From: Nitrospirota bacterium
GTDB lineage: Bacteria > Nitrospirota > JACRHJ01
Assembly (NCBI GenBank): GCA_963733375.1
Contig: CAVTDB010000026.1
Span: 352,001 to 416,000, forward strand
DNA length: 64,000 nucleotides
Direction of reading: 5' to 3'
Below the pieces are notes generated by a model. That model searched no databases. It was not told the origin of the DNA and saw only the letters and a program-made list of their open reading frames with translations. Below, piece by piece: positions 46,661 through 62,900 of the stretch (its first letter is position 1; each line of letters opens with the position of its first letter). The position numbers and the translations under genes were made by a program.

Positions 46661-47971
46661 TTAAATTATTTCCCCGATTAACGAATGCTTCTTCCCCTCG
46701 GTAATTTTAACGCGCACGAGCTTTCCGACGAGCGACCGCGGCCCCTGAAAATTAACGATTTTCCCTTGCCTGCTCTTGCCGGAAAGCCTGTCCGGCTCGC
46801 CGGACTTATCCGGGCCTTCGACCAATACCTCCTCGATAAGCCCTACCCGCGCATATATTTTTTCCTGCATAATGCGGTTCTGCAGTCTCCAGCACCACGT
46901 CCAGCCGCGACGACTTCACGCCTTCAGGCAGATGGCCCGGCAGCTTCAGCGCGGCGGTATTCGGCCTTCTCGAATATTTAAAGGCAAATATGCTGTCGTA
47001 GCGAACGTCCTCAAGCGCCCGTACCGTCGCCTGGAAGTCATCCTCCGTCTCCCCGGGGAACCCGACGATGACGTCGGTTGACACGGCTAAATCGGGCACG
47101 GCATTTTTAAGCCTGTCCAGCTTTTCCATATAACCGGCAAAATCATATTTCCGGTTCATCCGGGCGAGCACGCTGTCGGACGCGGACTGGAGCGGCAGAT
47201 GTATCGCGTTGCAGACTTTCGGAAGCTTCGCCATGGCGTCAATAAGAGAGTTTGACAGGTCCTTGGGGTGCGAGGTGACGAACCTTATCCGCTCAAGACC
47301 GTCTATGTTATTTATCATTTCGAGAAGGTGCGGAAAAATCGCAGCTGGCCCCCTTTTTTCCCGTACGAATTGACATTCTGGCCGAGTAACGTAACTTCCC
47401 TGCAACCGGATTGCACGAGGGCTTCTATTTCCAGGATAATGTCTTCCGGCCTTCTGCTCTTCTCGCGGCCCCGGACGAACGGCACCACGCAATAACTGCA
47501 GAAGTTGTCGCAGCCGTACATTATATTAACGAAAGACGTTACGGCGCTTTCCCGCGCGCCGGTGATGATAATATGTTCGTAGCCATCGGTGAATTCGGTG
47601 CTGGCGGGCGGCCGGCCTGAGGCTTCATTAATCAGGGACGGCAGCTTTTCGATGTTCTGGTTCCCCAGGATGACGTCCACAAAGGGCGCGCGTTTCAGGA
47701 TGGATTTTCCCTCCTGCTGGGCAATGCAGCCGGATACGGCTATCTTGAGAGAAGGATTTATTTCTTTGAGCTTACGGAGCTTTCCAATTTCGCTGTAGAA
47801 TTTCTGCTCCGCTTTTTCGCGGATGCTGCATGTATTTATCAGGATAAGGCCTGCGTCATCCAGCCGATCTGATTCATGGTAGCCTTCCGCCTTCAGGAGA
47901 CCGGCCATCTTCTCGGAGTCGTGCTCGTTCATCTGGCAGCCGAAGGTCAGGATTTTAAAACTTTTCATCAC
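46661..47971 (-). CDS. miaB: tRNA i6A37 methylthiotransferase MiaB (two frameshifts)
   Basis: TFGCQMNEHDSE, NTCSIREKAE, GCDNFCSYCVVP, LLGQNVNSY, TSHPKD, IVGFPGET motifs and a TRAM domain. Confidence 0.93.
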
Positions 47972-47975
47972 GCCA

Positions 47976-48341
47976 CTAACCTAAAAGGTCTTTCGTCCTG
48001 TCCAGGAGGTCCTGGGGCGAGAAAGGCTTGGTTATATATTCGTCCACTCCGACCTCCAGGCCCTTTATCTTGTCGGACTCCTGCCCTTTTGCCGTCAGCA
48101 TGATGATGATTATATCCTTGGTTTCCGGGTCGTTTTTGAGCTGAGAGCATACCTCGTAACCGTTTATGCCGGGCATCATGATGTCCAGGAATATCAGGGC
48201 CGGTTTCTCCTCGCGCGCGAGCTTAAGCGCCTCGGTCCCGTTCAGCGCGGTAAGCACGTCATATCCGGCGGACTCCAGCTTATATTTGACGATCCTCAGG
48301 ATATGCATCTCGTCATCGACCACAAGGATTTTTTTGGACAT
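47976..48341 (-). CDS. single-domain response regulator receiver
   Basis: ILVVDD, LDIMMP, LTAK, KPFS motifs; 121 aa with no output domain. Confidence 0.92.
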   Translation of the reverse strand: MSKKILVVDDEMHILRIVKYKLESAGYDVLTALNGTEALKLAREEKPALIFLDIMMPGINGYEVCSQLKNDPETKDIIIIMLTAKGQESDKIKGLEVGVDEYITKPFSPQDLLDRTKDLLG

Positions 48342-48365
48342 CGCTCTCTCCCGGAAATGATTTAG

Positions 48366-49167
48366 TTATGCCTTCTTGACATAAACCTTGTCGCCTCTTT
48401 TGAACCCGTAGCTCTTCCGGGCATCGCCCTGACAGATGAATATCTCCAAAAAGCCGCCGCCGTTGATTACAGCCCCCGTCTCCCCTTTTTTTAGCGCCGA
48501 ATAAAAAGGCGAAACCGCATTCAGCTTCAACTGGCCCGTCTCGATACTGTATTCCCCGCCTTCCGCAGTGAACGCCTCGATGTCCGCGGAGCTTTATGTT
48601 TGTAATAGCGTTGCCGAACTTATCAATATAGACGATCTCGCCTGCCACTTCGTTACCTTCTTTTCGTGAGCGGGGGATGTTAAACCGCACATAATCCGTT
48701 ATTTCTTCGCCGAAATTGTTTGCTTCGATTCCCTTGGACAGCCATGCCGCCGCTGGCGCGAATACGTCCCTCGCGTTAAAGGTGCTGCCCTGCCCCTCGC
48801 GGAAGTAGTGGTCCGCGGTCAGGTGTATCACTTTCGAGAAGCCGGGGTCGGCATATATGAAAGAAAGCACACCGTTGTCCGGAGCGATAAAATAATGCTT
48901 ATCCGTCACCGCGAGCACCGGCCTCCTCTGGCTTCCCACGCCAGGGTCCACCACCACCACGTGGATAGTGTACTGCGGAAAATATTCGTAAGCCGCTCCC
49001 AATAAATAGGCCGCACCCCAGATATCGTGTGAAGCTACCTCGTGCGAGATGTCGATGATGCGCGCTTCGGGGTTTATGCCAAGTATAACCCCTTTCATCG
49101 CCCCTGAGAAGTAATCCCTTGTCCCGAAATCCGTCGTAAGCGTTATGATGTTTTTTTTAAGGTCCAA
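48366..49167 (-). CDS. SAM hydrolase/chlorinase-fluorinase family protein (DUF62); frameshift near 48590
   Basis: ITLTTDFG, VVDPGVG, APDNG, STF.ARDVFAP, IDKFGN motifs. Confidence 0.88.
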
Positions 49168-50523
49168 TGCTGCCTCGGTGGGCTCCGCCCATTTCCTTGA
49201 ATTTTTTGAAATCGAATTCCGGGCTGTTGTAGTCGTCGTGGCAGCCTGTGCAGACTTTTTCTTTGACCCGGCGGAAAATATTACCTTTCCGAAGCGCGGC
49301 CGCTTGCTTCACATTCCCCGGCCTCATGGTCTTGCAATGGACTCCGGCGGCTCCATGGCAATCCTCGCAGGTCACGTTCCTTAAGTCATTCTTTCCGCTG
49401 TAGCCGGTCGGCAGAGCATATCCGGTAACGTGGCACGGCAGGCACTCCGGGTCGTACTGGTCGCCTGTCTTCTCAAGCGCGGCAAAGGCCCTCGCATGGC
49501 CGGTTGAAGACCAGTTGACGAAAGACCTGGCATGGCATTCCTTGCATTTGTCCGGCCCCGCGAAATTCCCTTTTAACCCGGTCCTGTCCGTGAAAACGAA
49601 CCTTTTCTTTTTCAGTTCCTGCTTGTAATCCGCTATCAGCTTCTCGACCGCCGGGTCCGGCGGGACATCCTCGCCGAGACTCACCGCTTCATATTTATAG
49701 TCTTTTATTTTATTTCCATCCCGCTTGTTTAGCCACAGGTCCAGTCTGCCGATCTGCTTCCCCCTGTAGAAACCTTTCACGACCAGGGTATTCCCGTATT
49801 TTGCAGGCTCATTCAGGCCGTCACCGCCGTGCCCGAGTATTACTATGTCCGCACCGGATTCTTTTGCGAATTTTTCCGGGTCGGAGACGCTCAGGTGCGC
49901 GAGGCACACCACCACGTCCGCATTTTTTCTTAAAAGCTCGACCTGCCCCTTCGCGGACTGCCAGCGGGTCTTTCACGCGAATATTTTTGAAAATAGACGG
50001 GAACGAGGCATAGGGGAATTTATCGTCCATGACGCCGGTTATCCCTACCCTTACCCCTCCGACTTGTTTAATCAAAGAGCTTGCGAAAGCCGCGCCCCGT
50101 TGACCGCCGCCGGTTGTTTCGAGGTTTGCGCAGATTAATTTATTGCCGGTTTCCAAAGCCTTTTTTTTCAGGAATTCCAGTCCGAACTCAAGGTCGTACT
50201 CTCCGGGCAATAATGCGTCGTAATCAGACTGCCTGAGCGCCTTCATAAGCACGGAGGCCTTTAAGCCGTAAAACTCTTTCCGGTCCCTGGGGTCATCAAG
50301 GCCGTCGAAAAGCGTGTCGCCCGCGTCAAGTACGAGCGTCCTGTCATTCCTGTGCGATTTTATATAGCTCGCCCTGGAGGAGAGGCCGCCCAACTGACCG
50401 TCCGTGCATCCGCACCGCCTTATCATCCCCCGCGTATCGCTGGAAAAGAATATGGTGAGGTCGGGACCAGCCGCCGCATGGCCGGATGCGGGCGCAATGA
50501 AAGACAGGGCAACAGCGGCAAGG

Positions 50524-51436
<913 letters not shown>

Positions 51437-51440
<4 letters not shown>

Positions 51441-52243
51441 ATTTCCGACCACACTATATCGTCGGCGTCGAATACCGGGCCGTCGTCGCAGACCTTCTTG
51501 TACATCACGCTCCCGTGCTCCCGGTCCAGCACGCTAATCACACAGCCCATGCACGCGCCGACCCCGCAGGCCATGTTGGACTCCATCGAGGTATAGTTCC
51601 TGATGCCGTGCTTCTTTGCCAGGGCCGCGACACTCACCAGCATCGGTTTCGGGCCGCAGGAATAAATCGCCCAGCCGCCCCTGTCCTTATCCTTATGCTC
51701 TAATATATATTCGTCCAGCACCTGGGTGATGAACCCTTTTTTCGGGAGGCTGCCGTCTTCCGTGGCCGTAAATGTTTCGATGCCCTTTTCCTTGAACTGC
51801 TCGGTTCCAAGCACGTATTCCCTGCCCCTGCCGCCGATGAACGCAACCGCGGTTACGTCCTTCCGTTCGTCGGCTATATAGTCGCCAAGACCCATCAGAG
51901 GGGCCACGCCTATCCCGCCCCCGACAATAAGCGCGTGACTGACGCCGTCCGGTATGGAAAAACCATTCCCCAGCGGCCCCAGCACATCGACTTCGTCTCC
52001 CGCGATAAGCCGGGACAAAAGCGACGTGCCGCGGCCTGCCTGCCTGTACAGGAAACGCACGGAATTGTCCGTAAGCTTCCTGTGCAGGCTGAGCGGACGG
52101 CGCAGCAGCGGGTCCGTGGAGGGACCGACTTTCAGCATGAAGAACTGGCCGGGCATCGCTCCCCGGCCTACGCCTTCCGCTTCGATATCGACAAGGAAAT
52201 AGCCGGAGAAAAGCTCCTCGTTCCTTTTAATCAGCGCTATCAT
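51437..52243 (-). CDS. pyrK: dihydroorotate dehydrogenase electron transfer subunit
   Basis: [43 protein letters not shown] motifs. Confidence 0.93.
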
Positions 52244-52722
52244 CAGTCCTCGAAAAATATTTCCAGTACTTCATAGTCCACCGTACCGGCGGGAATGCGC
52301 ACCGTGACTATGTCGCCGACGGTGTGGCTTATCAATGCTTTTCCGACCGGGGAGAGTATCGATATCTTCCCCTCCTTCAAATCGGCCTCGTCCGTCCCGA
52401 CAAGCGTATACCGCTTTTCCTCTTCCGTTTCCTGGTCGAGCAGGACGACCGTCGCGCCGAATACCACCTTCTCGTTCGTGAGCTTGCTTGTATCTATCAC
52501 CTGCGAGTGCGCCAGCTTTCCCTGGAGCTCCTGCATCCGGCCTTCTATAAAACCCTGACGCTCCTTGGCCGCATGGTACTCCGCATTTTCGGAGAGGTCG
52601 CCGTGTCCCCTCGCCTCTTCTATATCGCGTACATTCTTGGGCCGCTCCACCTTGCGGAGGCGCTCCAGTTCGTCCTGGAGCTTCGCGTAGCCCTTCTTTG
52701 TCATAGGTATTCTTTCAGCCAT
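52243..52722 (-). CDS. greA: transcription elongation factor GreA
   Basis: HGDLSENAEY, FGATV, IS..SPVGKAL motifs. Confidence 0.97.
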   Translation of the reverse strand: MAERIPMTKKGYAKLQDELERLRKVERPKNVRDIEEARGHGDLSENAEYHAAKERQGFIEGRMQELQGKLAHSQVIDTSKLTNEKVVFGATVVLLDQETEEEKRYTLVGTDEADLKEGKISILSPVGKALISHTVGDIVTVRIPAGTVDYEVLEIFFED

Positions 52723-52752
52723 TGTCTTTTTACGAATCTCCTTTCGAGGTAC

Positions 52753-55960
<3,208 letters not shown>

Positions 55961-55961
<1 letters not shown>

Positions 55962-56905
55962 TAAGGTTCCTTTATACGTAAAACTTTAAACGTGCTCCTG
56001 CACCCAGCCTTCGTAGAGGCCGTGGCGCTCCATCGTTGTCCTGCGCGGCCTCGTATTCCGTCGCCGTTATCTTCCTGTTTATTTCCGGGAAATCTAGCCG
56101 CCTTGTAAGTCGGGAAGTATTGGTCCATCAGGCTGACGGCGACCTCCGGCGACAGCTCTTCCGCTATAAATTTCAGAGTCTCCTCCGTACCGGATATCCC
56201 TTCCGGAAGGACAAGGTGCCGGATAATAAGCCCTCTTTCGGCAATCCCGTCCGCATCCGTTTTTAAAAGCCCCACCTGCCTGAACATCTCTTTCACCGCC
56301 GCGCGGTTATATGACGGATACATCTTCGCTTTCGAGTACTTCTTCGCGAAATCGTCGCGGGCGTACCGCATGTCCGGGAGGTATATGTCCACGATGCCGT
56401 CGAGGAGCTTCAGCGCCGGGAGGACCTCATATCCGCTCGTGTTATAGACGATGGGGATGTTGAAGCCGCCCTCTATGGCGATCGGCAGCGCTTCGAGTAT
56501 CCGCGGCATGTAATGCGTCGGGGTCACGAAGTTTATGTTATGCGCGCCGCGATGCTGAAGTTCCAGCATGATATTCGCCAGGCCCGCCGCGTCGTACTCT
56601 ATCCCGTTTCCCTTGTGGCTGATGGGCCAGTTCTGGCAGTAGGCGCACTTCATCGTGCAATGGCTGAAAAATATCGTGCCGGAACCGCGAGCGCCGGAGA
56701 TGGCAGGCTCCTCGCCTGAGTGCAGGTTGTATGACGCCACCTTAGCCGTCGCCCCGGCATTACAGAAACCAAGCTGGCCCTCCAGCCTGTTCACTCCGCA
56801 GTCGTTCGGGCAGAGGTCGCATTTTTCAAGCCGCGCGAGTGCCGATTCTGCGCGGGATTCTTAATTCCCTAATCGGGTATATTCAAATAACTTCGCTTAT
56901 TTCAT
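55961..56905 (-). CDS. radical SAM protein, PflX-like (frameshifts at both ends)
   Basis: [53 protein letters not shown] motifs. Confidence 0.85.
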
Positions 56906-56936
56906 AATTAACCTCGCCCTCTTAAAGAGACGTCCC

Positions 56937-58070
56937 CTAATTCTTTACCTTCAGCTTCTCTATCTCCATCATGGCGATGAAGCGCTGGAAGAGGTACGCG
57001 GAGTCGTGCGGGCCGGGAGACGCTTCGGGGTGATACTGCACGGAAAAGACCGGAAGCTCCTTATGGCGCATGCCCTCGACCGTATGGTCGTTCAAGTTCA
57101 CATGGGTCAGCTCGACCGCGCCGGGGACGGTATCCATGTCCACCGCGAAGCCGTGGTTCTGGGCGGTTATCTCCACCTTCCGGGTGCTCAAGTCCATCAC
57201 CGGCTGGTTGCCGCCGTGGTGGCCGAACTTCAGCTTATACGTCTTGCCCCCCAGGGCAAGGCCTAGCAGTTGATGACCCAGGCATATGCCGAAAATCGGC
57301 ACCTTGTCCAGCAGGCCCTTTATATTTTCCACCGCATACGTCACCGGCTCCGGGTCGCCGGGCCCATTCGACAGAAGCACTCCGTCCGGCCTCAGCTCCA
57401 TTACCTCCCGCCATGAAGTCGTAGCGGGGACGACCGTGACTTTGCAGGCCAGCGTGGAAAGTATGCGGAGGATGTTCCTCTTTATCCCGAAGTCGTACGC
57501 GACCACGTGCAGGCAGGGATTCCGGGACTCGCCGTAGCCTTTCTCCAGGTCCCACGACGTCTGCTTCGCCTCGTACGGCTCAGTGCAGGAAACTACCTTT
57601 GCCAGGTCCTGCCCGGCCATCGACGGCCGCGCCGCGGCTTTCTTGACCAGGCTCTCCGGGTCCGTGTCCGTCGTCGAGATTATACCCTGCTGCGCGCCAT
57701 AGTCCCGCAGATGCCTCGTGAGCGCGCGGGTGTCTATTCCCTGTATGCCGACAATATCGTAGCTCTTGAGATAGCTGTCCAGGCTCCCCTGGCTTCTCCA
57801 GTTGCTGGGGTACGGGCTGGCTTCTTTTACTATAAGGCCCTCCGCCCAGGGTCTGCCCGACTCGACGTCTTCGGCGTTCACGCCATAGTTTCCGATCAAG
57901 GGGTAGGTCATGGTAACCATCTGTCCCTTGTACGACGGGTCGGTCAGTATCTCCTGATAGCCGGACATGGAGGTATTGAAAACTACCTCGCCTCCCGCCT
58001 CACCGTCCGCGCCGAAAGAGACGCCCTCGTACCAGGCGCCGTCGGCAAGGGCCAGGACCGCCTTCTTCAT
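56937..58070 (-). CDS. carA: carbamoyl-phosphate synthase small subunit
   Basis: GEVVFNT, TDPSY, GIDTR, SNGPGDP, GICLGHQ, QYHPE motifs. Confidence 0.98.
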   Translation of the reverse strand: MKKAVLALADGAWYEGVSFGADGEAGGEVVFNTSMSGYQEILTDPSYKGQMVTMTYPLIGNYGVNAEDVESGRPWAEGLIVKEASPYPSNWRSQGSLDSYLKSYDIVGIQGIDTRALTRHLRDYGAQQGIISTTDTDPESLVKKAAARPSMAGQDLAKVVSCTEPYEAKQTSWDLEKGYGESRNPCLHVVAYDFGIKRNILRILSTLACKVTVVPATTSWREVMELRPDGVLLSNGPGDPEPVTYAVENIKGLLDKVPIFGICLGHQLLGLALGGKTYKLKFGHHGGNQPVMDLSTRKVEITAQNHGFAVDMDTVPGAVELTHVNLNDHTVEGMRHKELPVFSVQYHPEASPGPHDSAYLFQRFIAMMEIEKLKVKN

Positions 58071-59002
58071 ATTGAATTTCCTTTTTCTTTTTTGCTTATG
58101 ATAAAATGGTCCCGGATATTCCCGTTTACATCTATTACCTTGAACTCCGCCTTGTCTTCACCGACCGTCCCGATGACGTAGTGGTGGAAACCGCCGTGTG
58201 CGTCGGTCGCATAAAGCGGCGCGCCGCCGCCGCCCGTGGTGACATGGGTAACGCCGCATATATCCTGCCTGAAGTACAGGTGCTCGTGCCCTGCGAATAC
58301 CATATCCACGCCGTATTTCTGGAAGAGCGCCTGGAGTTGGTCCCTGCTGTTTTTGTACCTGCTCATGCAGGCGACGACGTGTAACTTCTTGGCCGGATAG
58401 AGCGGGCGGTGCAGGAAGACGAACTTGAACTTTCTGTCCGAGTTCTTCAGCTGGTCTTCCAGCCATTTATACTGCTCCCCGACGATCTTCGCATGCATCC
58501 CGGTCTCCTCCGAGTCCAGCACGACAATCAGCGCGTTACCGGCGGTGAAAGAGTAGTAAAGGTCGTTCCCGGGATTAGTCGCGCATTGCTTGTAGGCATT
58601 TTCGGTGACCTTGTTGCCTATCTCATGGTTGCCGGGCGTGAGGAAATACGGCATGGTCAGCGGCTTCGAAAGCGTCGCGAACTCGTCCCACTCACTGCGG
58701 TCTCCGCCCTCCATGATGACGTCGCCCGTGTTCATGACAAACGCCGGGGCGTCCTTTGCAATCATGGACACCAGTTTTTTATATGTCTCCTGGCCGCTCC
58801 TGTTATCCCCGATGACGGCGAAAGTGAACGGGTTTTTCAGGTCCTTCAACCCGCAGGCATTCTGGTTTAGAATGCGGACCGGGGGCTTATCCGGAGCCGA
58901 AGGGACCGTCTGAAGTGAAAATGGGGAAATTCCCAGGAACCCGGCGACAATTAAAGGCAGGACTACAAATTTAAGGCTTAACAACAATTTTTTTACCCTC
59001 AT
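58067..59002 (-). CDS. exported or membrane-anchored calcineurin-like metallophosphoesterase
   Basis: N-terminal hydrophobic helix; GD, TGD, GNHE, H.P, GHEH motifs. Confidence 0.85.
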   Translation of the reverse strand: MRVKKLLLSLKFVVLPLIVAGFLGISPFSLQTVPSAPDKPPVRILNQNACGLKDLKNPFTFAVIGDNRSGQETYKKLVSMIAKDAPAFVMNTGDVIMEGGDRSEWDEFATLSKPLTMPYFLTPGNHEIGNKVTENAYKQCATNPGNDLYYSFTAGNALIVVLDSEETGMHAKIVGEQYKWLEDQLKNSDRKFKFVFLHRPLYPAKKLHVVACMSRYKNSRDQLQALFQKYGVDMVFAGHEHLYFRQDICGVTHVTTGGGGAPLYATDAHGGFHHYVIGTVGEDKAEFKVIDVNGNIRDHFIISKKEKGNSI

Positions 59003-60261
59003 GGATTGTTTCAACAGGCCATCCTTTCAGGATAAGTCCCGAAAAGGCAGTGTTCTTTCCCTTGCTTATCAAGGCTTCCGGCCGGACCGTCTTCTCCAGT
59101 CTCCGGGTCTATCAGGACTATATCCGCAATCGACCCGGGCGACAGAGACGGCAGGGCCAGGCCCAGCGCGCGGGCCGGGTTTATGGTGAGCTTCTTAAGC
59201 AGTTCAACCATCGGGATCAGACCGGAATTCGCAAGGGCCATCGAAAGGGGCAGGGCAGTTTCCAGCCCTGAAATCCCGAAAGGGGCAAGGTCGAACTCCA
59301 CGTCCTTCTCGGATGCCGCGTGCGGCGCGTGGTCTGTCGCTATGACGTCTATCGTGCCGTCTGAAAGTCCCGCTATTATCGCCTTCCTGTCCGTCTCCGT
59401 ACGAAGGGGGGGGTTAACCTTGAGGTAGGTATTATATGACATAACTCCTTCATCGGTCAAGGTAAAATAGTGCGGACAGGTTTCGGCGGTGACATTAATG
59501 CCGTCCGCCTTCGCCCGGCGTATCAGCTCAACCGAACCGGCCGTCGAAACATGCGCTATATGGACTCGTCCGCCCGTCAATTTTGCCAGGGAAATGTCTC
59601 TGGCGACCATTACTTCCTCTGCCGCGGCCGGTATCCCCCGCAGGCCCAGACGGGTGGAAACCGCGCCTTCGTTCATCACGCCTCCGGCTGATAGAGCCGG
59701 GTCTTCGCAGTGCGATATTATCGTCCTGCCGAAGGTTTTTGCATATTCCAGCGCATGCCTCATCATCTCCGCATTGGCCACAGGCTTTCCGTCGTCGGAG
59801 AAGCCCACGCAGCCGGCCTCGGCCATCTCCCCCATCTCGGCAAGCTCCAGGCCCATTGAGCCCTTGGTTATCGCCCCGATTGGCAATACCTTGCAAAACC
59901 CTGCCGCCCTAGCCTGCGCCATTATAAATTCAGTGACGGAGCGGCTGTCGTTTACGGGGTTGGTATTCGGCATGCAGCAGATGGTGGTAAACCCGCCCGC
60001 CGCGGCGGCGCGGGTCCCGGAGGCAATATCCTCCTTGTACTCGAACCCCGGCTCCCGGAGATGGCAGTGCATGTCAATCAGCCCCGGCGCGACTATCTTG
60101 CCGGTTGCGTCTATAACTTCCGCGCCGTTTAGTCTGTCATTTGATTTTTTGGCGTTTTTCGGCGGCGGGACTATTTTATCGCCTTCGATATAAATATCGA
60201 GTATGCCGTCTACCCCGTTCGCCGGGTCGATCACCCTGCCGCCCTTGATTATCAATGTCAT
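58971..60261 (-). CDS. pyrC: dihydroorotase (frameshift near the 3' end)
   Basis: [43 protein letters not shown] motifs. Confidence 0.95.
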
Positions 60262-61187
60262 AGCGATCCCCTCCCCTCTGTCAGGAGGTATATTACGGCC
60301 ATCCTTACGGCTACTCCGTTCGTTACCTGGTCCAGGATAACTGAATATGGCCCGTCCGCCACCTCCGGCGATATCTCCACCCCCCGGTTTATAGGTCCGG
60401 GGTGCATTATCAAAACCCCCTTCGACGCCAACCCGACACGCTCCTGGTTCAGACCGAAAAAGCGGGAATACTCCCTGACGCCGGGGAAAAGCCCCCGCTC
60501 CTGCCGTTCCATCTGTATCCGGAGCATCATCACGGCGTCCGCGCCGTCAAGAGCGTCTTCCGGCCTGAAATAAACCTTCGCGCCCATTTTCCCGATTTCC
60601 GCCGGCATCAGCGTTGCCGGGCCGCATACGCGGACTTCCGCGCCCATTTTGTTAAGGCATAATATATTCGAGCGGGCGACCCTGCTGTGAGCGATGTCGC
60701 CGATTATAGCGATTTTAAGCCCTTCCACTTTTCCCAGCCGCTCTTTTATGGTGAAGAGGTCGAGAAGCGCCTGGGTGGGGTGCTCGTGAAAGCCGTCGCC
60801 CGCGTTTATGACCGAGCTTTTAAGGGCCTTGGCGAGTATCTCCGGCGCGCCGGACATCGAATGCCGGACTATTATAACGTCCGAGTTCATCGCCTCGATA
60901 TTTCGCGCGGTGTCGAGTAATGTCTCGCCCTTCACGACGCTGCTGGTGGAAGAGGATATGTTTATGATGTCCGCCGAGAGCCTTTTAGCCGCCAGCTCGA
61001 ACGAAGTCCGCGTCCTTGTGGAGGGCTCGAAGAAAAGGTTTACAATAGTCCTGCCGCGAAGGGCCGGGACCTTTTTAATATCCCTGGTGGAGACCTCCTT
61101 GAAAGACTCCGCCGTGGAGATAATCTCCTCTATCTCCTCCCTTTCCAGGTAATCGATCCCAAGCAGGTCTTTGCTTTTCAGGGCCAT
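60258..61187 (-). CDS. pyrB: aspartate carbamoyltransferase catalytic subunit
   Basis: [39 protein letters not shown] motifs. Confidence 0.98.
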   Translation of the reverse strand: MALKSKDLLGIDYLEREEIEEIISTAESFKEVSTRDIKKVPALRGRTIVNLFFEPSTRTRTSFELAAKRLSADIINISSSTSSVVKGETLLDTARNIEAMNSDVIIVRHSMSGAPEILAKALKSSVINAGDGFHEHPTQALLDLFTIKERLGKVEGLKIAIIGDIAHSRVARSNILCLNKMGAEVRVCGPATLMPAEIGKMGAKVYFRPEDALDGADAVMMLRIQMERQERGLFPGVREYSRFFGLNQERVGLASKGVLIMHPGPINRGVEISPEVADGPYSVILDQVTNGVAVRMAVIYLLTEGRGSL

Positions 61188-61192
61188 CGCCT

Positions 61193-61739
61193 TTAAGCCT
61201 CCGCCTTTTCCATTATCAGGACCTCGTCCTTCCCGCCCTCCTCGACAAGCTTCACCTTCACGGCCTCCTTCAGGGAGGTAGGCACGTTCTTGCCGACGTA
61301 ATCGGCGGTTATCGGCAGGTCCTTATGTCCCCGGTCCAGAAGCACCGCAAGCTGGATCTGCCTCGGCCGTCCAAAGTCCATGAGCGAATCCAGGGCCGCC
61401 CTGATGGTCCTGCCCGTGAACAGCACGTCGTCCACCAGCACTATTGTCTTGTCCGTCACGGAAAAAGGTATCTCCGTTTTCCCCATCGGGTTTTTTCTCT
61501 TCCGGGAAGATATGTCGTCTCTGTACATGGTAATGTCCAGAGCGCCCATCGGCACGTCCACGTTCTCGATTTTTTTAATATTTTCCGAAAGCCTCCGCGC
61601 CAGGTGTACCCCGCCGGTCCGTATCCCCACGATGGCAAGGCCGATCTGTCCCGTGGTTACGCTCCAGGATTTCATGGGCAATGCGGACCAGTGCCCGGTC
61701 GATCGCCTCCTTGTCCATTACTTTCGCTTTTATTTTCAA
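61193..61739 (-). CDS. pyrR: pyrimidine operon attenuation protein/UPRTase PyrR (frameshift near 61645)
   Basis: [38 protein letters not shown] motifs; TTG start with GAGGT RBS. Confidence 0.93.
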
Positions 61740-61763
61740 TGAGTTTTACCTCTGGATGAAGGC

Positions 61764-61798
61764 AAAAAAAAAGCCTCCTCTAAAATTTCCGAGGATGC
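61764..61798 (-). terminator. intrinsic terminator (attenuator) in the pyrR leader
   Basis: On - strand GCATCCTC-N10-GAGGAGGC followed by a 9-T run. Confidence 0.7.
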
Positions 61799-61838
61799 CC
61801 TGTATGTTTGAGCCGCAACTTGTCCTTATACACTCCCG

Positions 61839-61875
61839 CCCCCTTCTTAGCCTCGCCGGGCTACGTTAAAAGGTC
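61839..61875 (-). ncRNA. PyrR-binding leader RNA element
   Basis: On - strand GACCTTTTAACGTAGCCCGGCGAGGCTAAGAAGGGGG, matching the CUUUAA...ARUCCNGNGAGGYU...AAG PyrR loop with one substitution. Confidence 0.8.
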
Positions 61876-61882
61876 GAGCGTG

Positions 61883-61912
61883 AGATTAACTCATCCCTGT
61901 GCCGGATGTCAA
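61883..61912 (-). promoter_or_regulatory. sigma70 promoter of the pyr operon
   Basis: On - strand TTGACA-N18-TAATCT, placing the start site just 5' of the PyrR loop. Confidence 0.6.
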
Positions 61913-61918
61913 GGCAAA

Positions 61919-62284
61919 TCATTTCCCTTTTTTACGGTTAGATGCGTCGATGGAAAACGGGAACTCCCTCTTTATCCCGTAGCCGTAATCGACCTCTTCA
62001 GCCCAGGAGAGCTTTATCTCGACGCTTCCGTCGTCCTTGCGGATAAGCTGGATATCGTCGCTCGTTATCGGGAGCCCCAAATCATTTATCTTGTTCATCA
62101 GGTCCCCGATGATCATATCGTCATCGTTTATGCTGGAGAGGTGAATCTGCTGGGCGACTTCGTCGTCCAAGGCATAATAATGCATGTAAGGCGGGATTGT
62201 CTTTACAAGGACATAAGCCGCCAGAATCCCGACGAGAATATAAAGTAATATCGCGGCCTTGCCGCCGCCACGGTTATCCATCAT
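61919..62284 (-). CDS. small membrane protein, DUF4845-like
   Basis: N-terminal NRGG plus hydrophobic helix and IPPY; directly downstream of lepB, where DUF4845 genes are common. Confidence 0.6.
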   Translation of the reverse strand: MMDNRGGGKAAILLYILVGILAAYVLVKTIPPYMHYYALDDEVAQQIHLSSINDDDMIIGDLMNKINDLGLPITSDDIQLIRKDDGSVEIKLSWAEEVDYGYGIKREFPFSIDASNRKKGK

Positions 62285-62900
62285 CTACTTCACGATGTGT
62301 CCTATCCTGTCCCAGCGGATCGAGCTGCCATCCCCGTCCCAGGACCAGTAGAGTATCATTGCCTTGCCTATTATCTTGCTCTCGTCCACAAATCCCCAGA
62401 ACCTGCTGTCGTGGCTCCTGTCGCGGTTGTCGCCCATCATGAAATATTTGCGGGGCGGCACAAAAATCGGCCCGAAGTTATCCTTCGGCCCCATACTCTT
62501 CGGCAGGATCTGGTCATCGCGATATACGGTGTAAGGCTCCGGTATGGGCTTGCCGTTGATATATACCTTCTTGGCGATCTATCTGCACCACGTCGCCCGG
62601 GGTGCCGATTACCCTTTTTATGAAATCCTTCGACTCGTCCTCCGGATATTTAAAGACGATTATATCTCCCCTCTTCGGGTCACGGATAGGCAGAAGTATT
62701 ATGTTCGTGAAAGGGATGTGCGTCCCGTAAAGGAACTTGTTTACGAGCAGGTGGTCTCCCACCAGCAGGGTGTCTTTCATCGATCCGGAGGGTATCTTGA
62801 ATGCCTGCACGACGAAAGTCCTTATGAAAAGCGCGAGGATTGCCGCTACTACTATGGCCTCGGCATACTCGCGGAATACCGACTTATTTTTAGCCGCCAA
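62285..62900 (-). CDS. lepB: signal peptidase I (frameshifts)
   Basis: IPSGSM, GDIIVF, FIKRVIG.PGD, MGDNRD.S.DSRFWG motifs. Confidence 0.95.

Noticed and set aside
50400-50420. Selenocysteine codon in the UshA-like protein
   Set aside because: Both Cys codons of the CGC motif are TGC; there is no in-frame TGA.
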